Assembly (NCBI GenBank): GCA_004022145.1
Contig: RCNU01000005.1
Source: Paecilomyces variotii
Lineage: Eukaryota
DNA length: 64,000 bases
Strand: one strand, 5' to 3'
Position numbers and translations under genes: made by a program. Under the pieces are notes generated by a model. It saw nothing but the letters and a program-made list of their open reading frames with translations. It was not told the origin of the DNA and did no database searches. Each line of letters starts with the position of its first letter. Position 1 is the first letter of the stretch. Shown in pieces: positions 36,781 through 50,960 of this stretch.

Positions 36781-37398
36781 GACTTGACCCTCGGCAAGTA
36801 AATAAATGGGCGTCAGCGGAAAGTGTTCCTGGCTGGTAAACTGTTAATCAGGAAATGCGCGTTGAAAGTGTAGGTACTGAACTCACAAGAGCCACGCGTC
36901 TCGGGATGAGAGCTTCCAGGACCAAGATATAAACTTTAATCTGGAACGGCACGGCTTTGTTTGAGTGAGCCTGTCCTCAAAAATGCCAAAGGTAAGCTCT
37001 GCGAGAGGGACTCTGAGCACTGGGAAGGCAATCATGAAGCGAAACTCACTGAGCAGTGAGAGGCGCTATTCTGCCTTAATTTACCGCCTTATAGTTACGG
37101 CTAGCGTATACTTATGGTATGGAGCTGGGAATGGAGATTTGCCGTTCCGACTTCGGGGAAGAAGTATTTCTTTATATAGCACCTGATTGAGATGCGCTAA
37201 TATTTGTCTCTGATCATAAATGGACTGCAGCCGAAGTTTTACATGCAATAGCGAATAATCTGCTCTTTTACCCATTGAATCGCCTATCTTACACCCAGAA
37301 AACACACCGTAAATAGACACCCAGATAACCAGTACGCGGATTGTCGTCGCCTCTTAAAGGTCGATAAGGGCAAACTCGGTTTTTGTTACAAGCAAGGA

Positions 37399-39791
37399 TC
37401 AGTAAGCCCACATGCACTTGTATGCCAGAAGCCGACTACCTAGCCGATCATACTCCAGCTGTCCTATCCAGCTGTCGTTTGTCCCGCTGAGTTTTCCGAA
37501 GACGCTGGCACCTTTCCAAACCACCACCTGCGGATCAAGCTCTCTCGGTGGCGTGCCAATCATGACTTCTTTGGCATATCCCGGTCGAAGAGTTTGTAGA
37601 CGTTCTTCCAAGAAGGGATGGAAACCCGAGATTAGGCTGCCTCCTCCAACCACCATGATTCCACCGAGGAAATCACGCATTTTGCGGTCATCTGAACGTG
37701 CACCGTGAGTGATGGAGGTGAATATGGCACTGTCCAGTGGAAAGATGGGGAGAACATCATCTCTTTCCTCGACCGCGGGCATACGGGGCGTTTGGGACGA
37801 AGTCTGGCCCTGTGCGCCGGGGATGGGAGTGTTTGCACCACCTGCCTGCGGCGTTCCCGTGACCTCTGGCCCTGGCGATCCTGCAACAGATGAACGGGGG
37901 GTCGCGTCGAGATCTTGCACTCTGACCAGTGCGTTTATTTGCTGTGAGCGGCTTGGGGTGGATTGCACATCCAACAGGCTCGGATGATTTGCATCTCCAT
38001 TAGTCTGGGAATTAGCGGATGGAGGAGCAATTGCCGCCAAGATCTCTGACTGTGCTGCCGACACAGGATCGTTGAGCGAGCCATCGTAGATATCACGGGA
38101 TGGAGATATCAGTTTCCTCCTGCCTTCCAGCTTCCGCGAATTATCGAATATCGTGGGTTGAAAGTAACCCATGGGTGCGAGAAGAACTTCATCGTATGCT
38201 TTGAAGGTGAATTTCCGGGTATCCTGACCAGAGATCCGCAGATGAAAGTCGAAGACCTGCACAGAGACATTCGCCTCGTACATCGTGCATACGTTTTTCT
38301 TCAGCTCTTCCGCCAGTAGGAAGTCGTATCTTCGTCTCAGGTCAATATCGGCGTAAGGGAAGTGATCGTATAGCATCATCTTGATGAACGTTTCAGTCAC
38401 GTCAGCGCCGCCGTACTTCAAGTTGACCCGTGAGTTCTCAATACACATCCCTTCCTCCACACAACATATCGATGTCTTCTGCGCCCCAATGTCCACAACA
38501 CACGTGGAGGTGAAGCCCGCGCCAAAGGAAGCTGCCAGGCTTTCCTGGATGAAGCACACACGAGCGAACGCGAACTCCCTCATAAGCATTTCCAAGATCT
38601 GTGTCACATACGACTTTTCATAGAGATCGGGAATGACAAACACACAGGAATATTGCGGCCACTCCTTTTTGCTGGTCAAACCCAGCTGAGTCTTGATCGC
38701 GTCTTCCAGGATCAACGAGATGTCCAGAAACAGGAGTCTTTTACTGTTGTAATCCTTCTCGTTGCACCACCCATATCGGATTGGCCAGAAAAGCTTGTAG
38801 CGAGGATTTGATGTATCAGGGATTCTCAAGGCTGCCTGTCCAGTAATGAACTCCGGAGCGGGGTCGGCAATTTCTGTCCACTCCACGCGCATCGGATCGT
38901 TGTGCTCTGAAATGGTCTCCGGAGGTGTCCGTCGATTGTAATTCACTACCATCTCCTTAGAATTTGGAAGCGTTCGTCTTTTATTCTGACGCATGTGCGT
39001 CTTGAGCTCCGAAGACATCGCCGTGTACTGGGAGGCGAACTGGAGGGCCGTCAGTGATTTATTCGACAACCGCAATATATCGCGATAGACGTACCTCTGT
39101 ACCAAACATCTTTTCAGGTTCCATCAGTGAGTCGTCATCCAGCTTCTGCCTCTTTGGGATTGGCTCTGTCCCCTCTTCCTCTGACTCGTTTTTGGTGGAT
39201 TTCCGTGCAATAACCATAGGGACGGTCTTGGGTAATGCATCGCTCGCTAATCCAATTCGCAGGTTCTGGCTCCCGACATGGATTACTATCACCTTTGAAC
39301 CCAGAGCTTCTGTAGCGGCCTCCTCAGCATCATCCATGGGAGTATCACCGTCTATTTCACCATCTCCTTCTAACTCTTCTGTCTTCCCCATTGCAAGAGC
39401 GCGATCCCGATCCTTTGCGCTTTTGGTCATTCGATTTCTCACTTCTTCATTTTGTAGTCGGAAGGCTAGCAGCTGATCATCCCTCTTGAGATAGTCTCTG
39501 CAGGCCAGAAACACGTCAGTAAACCAGTGTGGTCAATAACACTACCGTAGGCGTCCAAGCGCAGACAGAGACTGAGAAAGTGAGGTTGCATACGTATAGT
39601 AGTTTTTCTGGTTGATCGGAGGTATCTGGGGCCAGCTCGAGAGCTCCATGTTGTTATCTGTACGCTCCAGGCCTTCACAAGTATATTCGTCAGCGTCAAC
39701 TCCGCAAGTATTGTTGAGTAGCAATGCGCTTGATCGCGGATTACTTACCCTCATCCCGAAGGAGTGCCTTGCCGGATTTCTTCCCAACCAT
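37399..39791 (-). CDS. ARP8: INO80 complex actin-related protein Arp8, 4 exons
   Basis: MVGKKSGKALLRDEG..WPQIPPINQKNYYT..DYLKRDDQ..IVIHVGSQNLRIGLASDALP..CVVDIGAQKTSICCVEEG..WKGASVF. Confidence 0.95.
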
Positions 39792-40448
39792 TTTGCTTGC
39801 TCCCTGTCTTCCTCAGCGCTACTTCGGCGACTGTTCCAAATCGATTCCAAAGATAGTAAATCGAGGGGTATTGGCGCAGTGCGGAGGATCGCGGTTGGCG
39901 GTTGGTGCTGATGAGGTGATGAGACACTTCAGGCGGTCGTCATTAGAGAGGCGTGAAAGACTTGAATTTATGAAACCGCCTTTGTCGTGATAGCAGAGAG
40001 AATGGAACCCCGACGAGAGCGCCACAGTAATGGAGAGCCCTCAGTGAATAATGCGGATGGTCCGTCTGCTTCCCTTGGCTTTCAATCCCGGAGAGCGCAA
40101 AGCTTGGGCCACGCAGATCGGCCAGGGCGCGCCCGCCTAGCCAACGCCAGCTGGCCCCGATGCGGTCACCACCAGAAGTTCAAGATTGGCGCTCTCCCTT
40201 CACAGTTCGTTCAGTCTAACAATCAATCGAAATCGCTCATTGTACAAACGGTCTGGATCCGCTCACGAGGACATGTCATAGTATTTATCGCATCTGTATA
40301 CTGTTTTGCTTCATCATCCTACGCCTTTTTCTCACGTCCTCGTACCTTCAGTGGCTGCAACCTCGACCTACGGTTGCCGTCAACATCTCGCAGTCTGCCT
40401 CTTGCTTGACCGTCTGGACGGCTGGAAATATTCTATACAGATAGCACA

Positions 40449-41328
40449 ATGGGCGTTTCCTTGTCTCGTCTGGTTTCCTTGTTCTGGTCCAAAAAGGAAA
40501 TCCGTGTTCTCATTCTTGGACTTGTATGTTGGCTGCCTTCTCCCCAGGCCACGCGACCAGAAGTATCAAACAGTATAGGTTCGATACTGACTCGGGTCTC
40601 GATGATATAGGACAATGCCGGCAAGACAACTCTGCTATACAGATTGAAGGTATGAAAGCCAGTCGTGATGTTATCTTAGCCTGTTCTCGCTAACAGTTGT
40701 TACTCTTCCGCGCAGATTGGAGAAGTTGTGACGACAATACCGACTATCGGCTTCAACGTCGAATCTGTGACATATAAGAACCTCAACTTCAATGTCTGGG
40801 TACGTTGAGTCCCTAAGTGGCAACCCGCCCGAGACGTCACTAGGACACAAGCGCTGACTGGGGCATTGATACTTAGGATCTCGGAGGCCAAACATCTATC
40901 CGTCCATACTGGAGGTGCTACTATGCAAATACTGCTGCTGTCATTTTCGTCATTGATTCGACAGATGTTGAACGATTAGGAACTGCTGCAGACGAGTTGG
41001 CGGCTATGTTGAATGAGGAAGAGCTTCGGGACGCGGCATTGCTGGTCTTTGCCAACAAGCAAGACCAGCCCGGTGCCAAAGGCGCTGGTGAAATATCGGA
41101 GGCTCTGAAGCTAGGAGAGCTCCGTGATAGAAATTGGAGTATTGTTGCATGCTCTGCCATTGACGGAAAGGGCATTAGTGAAGGAATGGATTGGTTGGTG
41201 GTAAGTATACTCCTGTTATCCAAGACATCCCGTCAGTCGCAGGTCGCCTCTGTTTGGGCTGCATTTCTCTTATGTAGACAGATGCTTACATCACTGTGCA
41301 GCAAACAGTCCAATCTGAAAACTCATAA
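40449..41328 (+). CDS. ARL1: ADP-ribosylation factor-like GTPase Arl1, 5 exons
   Basis: [72 protein letters not shown]. Confidence 0.95.
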
Positions 41329-42378
41329 GCGCAGGCGTCTTTGTTATCGTGTCACGAATCCTCACTAATACCACTCGCCTGGCGTTCTCCGTCTTTTACC
41401 TCACTTTCCTCGGTTAGACTCTCGGCGGAGGGCCGTAAAGGCCGCGCCATTTTGTATATCACAAAATCATCGAGTTTCACAGCCTAGCAATAGGCCACTA
41501 CCGATTACTTTAATTTGAGAACTTTGTATCCAAACCGTCACGAAAAGATACCAATCTAAGAATGTCTCACTGTGTAGGCAATGCCGTATATTGATGAGTA
41601 CCTACACATCCCGTACCTTTCCTAGGTCCAAGCATGCGACGGCAGCTACATAAGCGGAAACGAGTTTGCAGAAGTCCTCAATTGCTAGGTTCAATTTCGA
41701 GGCCAGCGTAATTTACTTATTCGAGAAAAACAACACTCAAGGTCGATACTATTGTGGTAGTATTGGAAAGGCTTCCATGCCATCTACCTAAACTTTCCCG
41801 TTAGTTAGTGCGTTTCTCATTGGTAAATTGTTTCGAGAAAGTCGGCAGCTCGTCAATTACTATGGAAAGTTTCGTGAGGGGTAATAGATGACCACAGAGC
41901 CTCCAAGAGAGCACGGACGATAGGAGCTTCTGAAACATATCGCATTTTGAAGCGTCTTTCGGCAACATAGAAATGCTTTTTACGCTCGTATCAGTGGTAT
42001 CATGTCTTATCTCGCCTATCAATCGTTGTGGTTATCGAGCTTCCTTATCCGAGATCGATCTGGGATGCTTAGGTAATTATATGCTTCGATTCGCCGTATC
42101 TTGGTCCCTTTTATCGCATTTTTGGCTCTGGCCAGGAGAGTGGGGTTGACTTGTTATTAATATTAAGAGAGTCTGGCACTACTGTTGAGGGTCCCTTTAG
42201 ATATTCTCCTAATCCCGACACAAAGAAACAAATTCTTGAGGTATCACGTTCCGCATCAGCATTCGTTGGACACTATAAACTTGAACGACTACCTGCGTTT
42301 CTCGAACATCTTCTATCCGGCAGTGGCTTTGGAAGAACTACATTATATCCTCTAAAATCATAGAAGAACGTATCGGCC

Positions 42379-43987
42379 ATGGAGTTTACAGAAACACAGA
42401 TTGCTGCAGTCGTCCCGCCTGAAGGGACAGCGTCACACCGTCTCGTTGAAATTGACACCAAATATCCGAAGCCCGTTCCACAAGAAGGCGATTTACTAAT
42501 TAAGCTGGAGTATTCTGGCGTGTGCCATTCTGATGTGCACAGCGTTCGCAGGGAGACACCAATGTTGACGGATGTGGCGGGGCATGAGGGGGTGGGGACG
42601 GTCGTGGGCGGTAAGTTGCATACTCAGATCTAGAGGTGAATTTTGAATTTTGGACATGGAATATGATATTGATTAGATTGTTTTAGTGGGAGCTGGTGTC
42701 AATGAGGAAGAGTGGAAGGGGAATCGAGTCGGTGTCCGGTTGGTCTCCTATTCTTCTACCTCATGGGTCACGTACATGAGGTCCTATTTGAGATTTATGC
42801 TGAATCTGGGGAAAGATGGCTGTATAGTTCATGTTTGAACTGTGAAATATGTGCCGTCAACAACACATCGTGTCCGTATCAAAAGAATGCCGGTGCAGTA
42901 AGTCAAGATTCCGATCCAGACTGTTTTCCCGAAAGAACGTTTCATTGACCGAGGTTCAGAATGTCCCAGGAACTTTCCAGCGTATGAGAGCTATTTATCT
43001 TACAATGGAAGTCGATTCTGATGATGAGTAGAGTATATCGTGGCGCCAGCTCTCCATGTTACGAAGATCCCTCCGCAGCTATCCCCGGACGAAGCTGCGC
43101 CACTTCTATGCGGTACATCTGACATTGAGGCTGTCAGCATAACTTGGACCTAGCTGACCAATTACTCTAGCCGGTATTGCAACGTATTCCTCTATCATGA
43201 AAGCAAAGACACGACCAGGTGATTGGCTGGTCCTTCTAGGAGCAGGCGGTGGGCTTGGACACATGTGAGACTTTAATCCAAGAGGGCTGAGTAGAGGCTG
43301 ACTGTTCTAGGGGAATTCAAATAGCAGTAAAGAAGGGATTGAAAGTAATTGCTATTGATAGGTAGGATGACCGTTCCTTGCTTTATGAAAAGGGTGCGCA
43401 ACTCCGTGCAATTACTAACCAACATGGATACCATAAGTGGCGAAGCAAAGAAGAAGTTGTGCCTTTCTTTAGGGGCTACAAGCTTCCTCGACTATAAGAC
43501 CGACGACATAGAAGCTGAAGTCAAGTCATTGACATCCGGGCTCGGTGCACATGCAGTGATATGCTTGGCAAATAATGAGAAAGCCTATGCACAAAGTATG
43601 CGGATGCTGCGTAGAACGGGTATCCTTGTTTGCGTTGGTATACCGAATATACCCTTTAACCTTCCTGCAACGCCTCTCGATATGATCGTCAAAGGTAAGG
43701 ATCTCAGCTTCTTAGTACCCTGGATGTTATACTACGGAAAATCCCCACATGTACCTCAGATCTGCGGAGAAGTTCGAACATCCACTGATCAATGAGGTCT
43801 AGGTCTTACAATCGTGGGCAATTCTGCAGGCACGGCCAAAGAAATGGAGGAGTTGATGGAAATGGCGGTGGCGGGTGATGTAAAGGCACACATCGAGGTT
43901 TTCGACTTTGAGCAAATTGCTACTGTGCTGGAGAGACTGGGCAGGTCAGAAATTGACGGGAGGGCCGTCGTCAAAATTCCCGAATAA
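42379..43987 (+). CDS. Zinc-dependent alcohol dehydrogenase (MDR), many introns
   Basis: GVCHSD..GHEGVGTV (Zn ligands), CLNCEIC..CP structural Zn site, APLLCAG, GAGGGLGH, and end GRAVVKIPE*. Confidence 0.88.
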
Positions 43988-45371
43988 CTGGAGAATGATA
44001 TTTCTACATTTACTCTACCTAGACCACCTCGAAGATCTGCGGAGTCTGTGGATCTAATACCCCTTGATCCATGCGCTAAAAGTGGCGTCTTCTCGTGCGT
44101 CAATGATTAACACCATTGAGGAAAGGATATGGATTACGACCAGTTATTACCCCATATTTTCATATGATTCAGCTTTCTGGACACTGTTGCTGTCCGCAAT
44201 AGATACTTCCGCTCTTATCTTTTCCCGTGTATCAAAGAAGGGGAAAGTACTAGTAGTAAGGTACGGGGGCTTCCGGAGGTTGATCACCGCAGCTTTTAAC
44301 TATTTTTGCCCTTGATCCTTACACATCAAACTACATTCAAGAGACATAGAGAACATAGCAATCCTTCCCATGATGATTTTATTCTGGGATACATTTTAGA
44401 GCCAGATCGCTTCCCTACTGGCAGAATTGAAATAAAAAGAAGAAAAGAAAAGGACAAAAACTAGAGTACTATGTCAAACTTCGAAAAGCCCGGTAGTTAC
44501 TACAATTCCCTTGTATAGCTATACGCAAAGAGTTGCCCAGATAGCTTCTTGTCTTGGTATGGACATCGGGTCCGAATCGGAGCATTGACAGTTACCGAGA
44601 CTCATCCGAAGGGACACATCAGGGGCCCCGCATGATCGATGATCTTCCCCAAGACGGGGGCGAGAAGGGTCTGTCTTAAATAATGTGTCCATTGGTTTTA
44701 ACTGAAGCAGAGAATCAATGAGATGCTTACGGTATTGACTCCCCAGAGACATGGCCGTCCTGTAGGCCGCCCTTGTAACTCGTGGTAGATCACGCTGTTC
44801 CCATTGGCTGATACCCGACTCTGATCCAACAACTTCAACCTTTGGCCATGCAATCGCCCGGAAAGACTACAGCGACATTCCTCGAGACGCCGTGTCCAGA
44901 ACGTGTTTGCACATGCTATAAAGACGCGTTATTACTTGATATTGCTTCCCTTGAGGCTCCTTTTCAGGCGTTGAGAAACCCTGTCGTAGCCCGTGTACTC
45001 CCTGCACTCCACTCGATCCAGCAACGACAATTCGGAACGAGAGCAGATCCCATCTTTACTAACTGCCTTGCTGATCTGAAGCATTGCCGCCGCACGGTTT
45101 GAATGGCCTCGTGCTATACGTGCCGGCTAGTCCACACTGCGTCTATCTTATCTTTCGACACGCATGTGTTCTCCTGATAGGATATCGTGATGTTGTCCGT
45201 ATACTTTCAGCCATTTCCTGCTACCGAGGGGCATGGTGGGCCTGCAGATGAGCTCCCTAGGATACTTGAAGCGATGTACTCAAGTACCAGTCGTTTCTTC
45301 CTCGTTTGTGCTTTGCTGGTGTCTCCTCGAGCTTCAGTACAACTGGTAGAGGACCACGTCGCGATTATACA

Positions 45372-48224
45372 ATGAGTCTGGCTGACAGTCTCATTGCGGG
45401 ATCTATCCCGAGTAGCCTGAGCTCGCCTCATGGCTACATTGCCATTGCTGCTTTCTTTGTCTCTGTTCTTATCGTTTCTGTTCTGATCTTCTCTTCCCAA
45501 AATGCGAAATCTGACTACAATAGCGGGATCTGGACCTATCTTAAATTCGCATATGCAAGCTTCTTGAAACCTCATGAGAAGGGCGGCAATGGCCAACAGC
45601 AGGCACTGGAGAGCTTTTACAAGACTCAGGTACGGAAACCCGCGTCCTGCTGACGATTACACTACTTACCGCGTGCAGGCGTCCGTCTATGATGCGACTC
45701 GTTCACGGCTCCTCCGGGGCCGCGAGGATATGCTTGGCCTGCTCGCTGCACAGCTGAAGCTGAAGAGCGAGAAGCAGGGCGCCAAGGCTCAGAAGCCTAT
45801 CTGGGTAGATGTAAGTATATCGTTCATTGTCACATTCAGCGGGCTAGGCTAATTTTGTCAGATTGGAGGAGGCACTGGGTAGGTCGTCGGCATATTCTCA
45901 TCAGTGACACATCTCTTAACCGCTCATTAGATACAATATTGAGGCAATGGCTTCCTTCCTCCCAGTCGACTCATTTTTCTCCCGCGTCTACCTGGTCGAT
46001 CTATCACCGTCGCTTCTCGAGGTCGCCCGTAAGCGATTCGAACGATTAGGATGGAAAAACGTAAGTGTGATTTGCATTGACGCTCGGTCTTTTCGCCTTC
46101 CGAAAGGTGATGATGGAGCCGATATTGTCACTATGAGCTATAGCTTGTCTATGATACCAGGTGAGAATATATCCGGACCGCGATAGTCAAGTCAACTGCT
46201 AATGGATGGCAGACTACTATAGTGTGGTTGATTCCTTCACCTCCCTTCTGAAACCCTCCGGTATTATTGGAGTCTGCGACTTCTACGGTAAGCAAAATTT
46301 CATCGGTATTTCGGTTTCGGGAACTGAGTGGGCGAAATAGTGCAAAGCATAGTTGATGTTTCGTCACGGAATTATACTGGAGGGGCCTTCAACCGCCATG
46401 TGAACTGGCTGGGACGCGCATTCTGGCGTGCTTGGTTCGAGGCTGACAGGGTTAATCTTGAGGCTGCCCGCCGCGATTACCTGGAATACCGCTTTGGTAC
46501 TGTCATTTCAGCAAGCGAGAGAAATTACCTTCTAGGAGGTATCCCTTATTATATCTTCATCGGTTGCCAGAAGGACGTTGCCTCCAACCCTTCCAGCATT
46601 GAGCAACTGGATGCATCTTTCACAGAGTCTCCTTATCTCTCACCAGCGAACCATCGGAAGGAGATTGACGTCGCGATCGAACAGAGCGAAAAGGAAATCC
46701 GGTCCAAGGCATACGAATCGGCAGTTATCAACCTCAGCGCGAACCTGCCGCTCCCTTCGTCTTTCTACCAGAATCACCATTACCGAGTCTACTACAACGA
46801 TCTGCTGCCCAAGCACACCCAGTTCCAGAATGAGTACATTTATGCTTTCACATGGGAGGATCCCCGAGTAGACCACCGTCTGCTAAACATTGGACCTGAT
46901 GATGTTATCTTGGCCATCACCAGTGCCGGAGATAACATCCTGGATTACCTGCAGAACAACCCCAGGAGAGTGCATGCGGTAGACCTCAACCCTAACCAGA
47001 ACCACCTCCTCGAACTCAAAGTGGCAGGGTTTAGTGCGTTGAGCTACGGGGATTTCTGGAAGATTTTCGGAGAAGGCAAACATGAGAAGTTCCGTGAGCT
47101 CCTCATCTCTCAACTCAGCCCACACCTTTCTAGTCAGGCCTTCCAGTATTGGCTCGAGCATTCTCATGTCTTCACATCCGCCTCTGGACGGGGGCTCTAC
47201 GAGACTGGCGGTTCTCGCCACGCAATCAAGATGGTCCGATATTTGTTCAAGGTCTTTGGCCTTGAAAAGGAAGTGAAGAAGCTGTGTGAAGCTCAGACCC
47301 TGAACGAGCAGCGGGAGATCTGGCCCCGTATCCGTGGAGTACTGATGAGCTCCCCTCTCCATTATGCTATCGTTTCAACAGAATGGTTTGCTTGGAAGGC
47401 TGCCGGTGTACCGCGCAATCAAAGGAACATGATTATCGATGACTACCTCAAGAGGAATGGCCTGACTCATGACATGAAGACGACCAAGGATGTCAGCGGC
47501 AAGGCTATCTGGGAGTATGTCGTCGACACGTTGGACCCGGTCGTCAAAGACACAATGATCAGCAACGACAACTACTTCTACTATCTCTGTTTGCAGGGAC
47601 GCTTCTCGAGAAGGTAGGGGATTATTACCACGACGATTGCTGTTTCACGTGCTGATTGCAAGCAGATGCCACCCTACTTATCTGAGCCCGAAAGCTCATG
47701 CGAAATTGTCGTCATCTGGTGCCTTCGACGGTCTCCGGATTCATACGGACGAGATCAACGAGGTTATTGCAAGAATCACGCCAGGGACTCTGACGATCGC
47801 AGTGGTGAGTTCAAAAAGCTTTCCTAATCGAGAATGTACTTACGCGTTTCTAGGTCATGGACTCAATGGACTGGTTCGACCCCAAGGGCGATGCAGCTAC
47901 CTCACAAGCCAGAACATTCAACCGTGCTCTAAAGATGGGAGGCCGCATTTTGCTAAGGTCAGCCAGTATCGAACCCTGGTATATTGAGAACTTCGAGAAG
48001 AGTGGCTTCTCCCCACGCCGTGTAGGCGCTAGATTCCCCGGGTCGTGTATTGATCGGTAAGTGATACGAGGCAGATATTTTGTCTACGTTACAAAAAGAT
48101 GCTAATTGACTTTAGTGTAAATATGTACGCGTCTACTTGGATATGTACGAAGACTGCAGAATTGGGACGCCCTGGCTCTGGTCCCAGCCAAAGATCGAAT
48201 AGTGTTGAACACTTGGAGATCTAA
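45372..48224 (+). CDS. BTA1: Betaine lipid (DGTS) synthase, BtaB-BtaA fusion
   Basis: N-terminal TM; QQQALESFYKTQASVYDATR.RLLRGRE; WVDIGGGTG; MSYSLSMIP; YIYAFTWEDP; ITSAGDN; VDLNPNQNHLLELK; IDRVNMYAS. Confidence 0.93.
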
Positions 48225-48760
48225 ATTTTCGATTCTGCGAGCGTAAAAGAAAAAAGAAAATAGAAAAAAAGAAAGAAAAACTATAGGTTCTTTACTTAAC
48301 GCCTATATCTAGAAATTCTATTAAAGTGCGAGATTACCTACTTTTCGAAGATCCAAATTTGATTCTATAGATTATCGTGGCAGGTGCGGTCAGATAGTAT
48401 ACGGTGCCGGCGGCCTACTGCCCGTTGCGGTGTAAATTATGTAGCCTCTACTGTACGACTGTGGGAATCGCGCCGGGTCTCGTCACTTTTGCCCGTGCAC
48501 CTATCCGCGCCATCTGGATACACTCATAAAGCTGGAGATAGCAAATCAATCACCTACCTATTCAGTACCTGGTACGTGTCACGTGATTGCTGCCTCATAC
48601 ATGTCGTACCTCTTTCATTAACGCTGATTTCATCTTGTTCCTTCTTATATCATTTTCAGCCTCTCCCTTACCTCGAAGTGCATTCTCCGTGTTCATTATA
48701 TCTTTGTGATACCTTCTGGACGTACGCCTCAGTAGCAAAAAGCGTCAAGTCATCCTCAAG

Positions 48761-49772
48761 ATGGCTGGAAATATCTTCTTTGCTAGAGGTTTTGACAAAA
48801 TGAGGATTGAATTTGACGATTATCCGCACCCATTGATCCTAGGACAGAAGATTCTGGAAAGGAAGACTCAACTCGATGAGATGTCATGGGAAACGGACCG
48901 GGTTGCTTCTCAAGCTTGGGCAATTTATGTCTGTGAGAACCTCAACGACCCTACTGATCAGGCAATCATGAAAATATACATGCAGTATGCTTGCTACTTC
49001 TTGAAAACTCTATGGTTGCTAATTCTCTTATAGAATTCCCTATGCAGGATCAGAGTTCGATACACCGCAGCTGAGGGCCTCGCAAGCGCTAGAGCTCCAG
49101 GGCTTTGCAAGATCAGAATATAATGCTCTTAAGCTGTTTACGGAAAAGGCCTGCCCCTCAACTCCAAAGCTCCTGGCATCTAAAGTAGATACTCAAGGCC
49201 CACAGGACTTGGTTCCTGGTGGTTTCATTGTCTATCTGTTAATGGAGAAGTTACCTTGTTGTCGCCTGGAAGATGAGGTCTTCTGGAACTTAGATGAATC
49301 TGAACGTGCCGATATCCGACAAAAGTTCAAGGAAGCATGGATGTATGGTTTCCCACTTTCCTACTACATCTCTTACTCTCGGCAACGCTTTTTCTAACCT
49401 AGTAACTCTTCGCAGTTCTTGTTACAACGCCGGCCTTGTACTTTATTTAGGCAACACCGATAACATTCTGTGGGATGCTGCAACCAAAAGACTGTGAGTG
49501 ATCGCAACCATTCTAGTGCTAGGAAAGTGTAGATCTCTAGAGCTAATTATATTGTGCCACACTATAACAGCTATTTTACAGGGTTCCAGTACACTTGTTC
49601 ATCAGAAGAATATGCACAAGGATGGGATGATAAGCAGTTGAGGCTATGGTTTCTGTCAAAACCACCCAAGTACCTCCTAAAGCGACCCACTAGAGATCCG
49701 AAACCAGAGGATTCTCTAATCGCCTTACGTGATGGTTCCAGGCGTGAAATATCAGATGTTTTTGGAAGATAG
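48761..49772 (+). CDS. Kinase-like-fold fungal protein with degenerate catalytic motifs, 4 exons
   Basis: Introns at 48985-49033, 49343-49415 and ~49495-49570 give AIMKIYMQIPY..RASQA..EYNALKLFT..TPKLL..VPGGFIVYLLMEKLP..NILWD..YFTGF. Confidence 0.65.
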
Positions 49773-50960
49773 ATGAGCAGTTCTGTTGTAGTTTCCTCTC
49801 CAGGACATTGTTGATCTAGACACGCGGATAACTGATATATGTGTGAATCATGCCCAATGATATAATAGCTCTCTACTTTGGAATCAGAGCGTTTAGGCTA
49901 TAGATTGCTACCTTGAACTTCAGCAATATCTGTTCTAGGGGTTTGTTCTGTTCCTTTTATTTTTATTCATTTCCCTTCACGTAGACACGCATCGTAATAT
50001 CCCTGTCACGTGTCGTCTAGCTTCAATAATTCAAGTATAAAAGTCTTCATTGAACTTTCTAGGATTTTTCATACTGCATGTGGTTGAGAATATGGTTTAT
50101 GAATGGTTCTCCTACCTGTAGTTTCCAACCATACTCACATAGAAGGGGGGAATATCTAACCCAATTCCATTAACTCAAGTACCTCTATTTTCAGCTATAG
50201 TCATGCATAGAGAGTGAATTCTGGCACTAGAGGCCTAGTAGTAGGGGATCTCCCTCAAAATCTGCTTTAGGCTTAGTTCAGTGCACAGTGATAGCATACC
50301 AGGTAGATACCTACCTAGTAGGTAGGTACCTATGTAGGTACCTAGCTTTGATCTTTCGACCTACCCCTCTTTCCTTCCCCCAACAGATCCATCACCGAAA
50401 TGGCAGACGATGCTACGAGAGCGCAGGTGACTGGCCTACCAGAAAAAGTGCCTGAAACGATCAGAGCCATCTACAAGTTGATGACGTCGATATAGTATGA
50501 TAGCTGCCTCTTATATGGTTTCAAAATGCTCTAATACCGATGGATTGTAAATATCTGATTGACGCGCCTCGATGGCACTCAAGACCCCTAATACGAAAGT
50601 TTTCTCCGTCTATTTATACCTAAATAGTCCTTCTTTGACCTGTTAATATGCCTCGGGAACTCCGTTTGAAAGATCGCCGTATGATTTAAAACCCCCGGGT
50701 GCTCCCCTGAGAAGCAGATGCGAGACTGCTATCCAGAACGCTTGTATGGCCATTGACTGTTATAACTACTACTGTAACTACAGACGCCGCGGTAACACAA
50801 CAGACCGCTGGTCTTGAGACCGACAAGGTCGATGTTGGTGACACAAATTTTAAATATTTTGGGTACGCTCCCCTCAGATATACCCGTATGGAGAGGGAAA
50901 GAGAAAGAGAGATAAATCACTAACAACGACAGCAAAATATATTACTCTTTCTTCTCCTAG

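Noticed and set aside
43985-44110. Cryptic PTS1 by readthrough of the ADH stop
   Set aside because: The stop is TAA CTG, which is not a leaky context, and the downstream frame ends in VND, which is not a PTS1.
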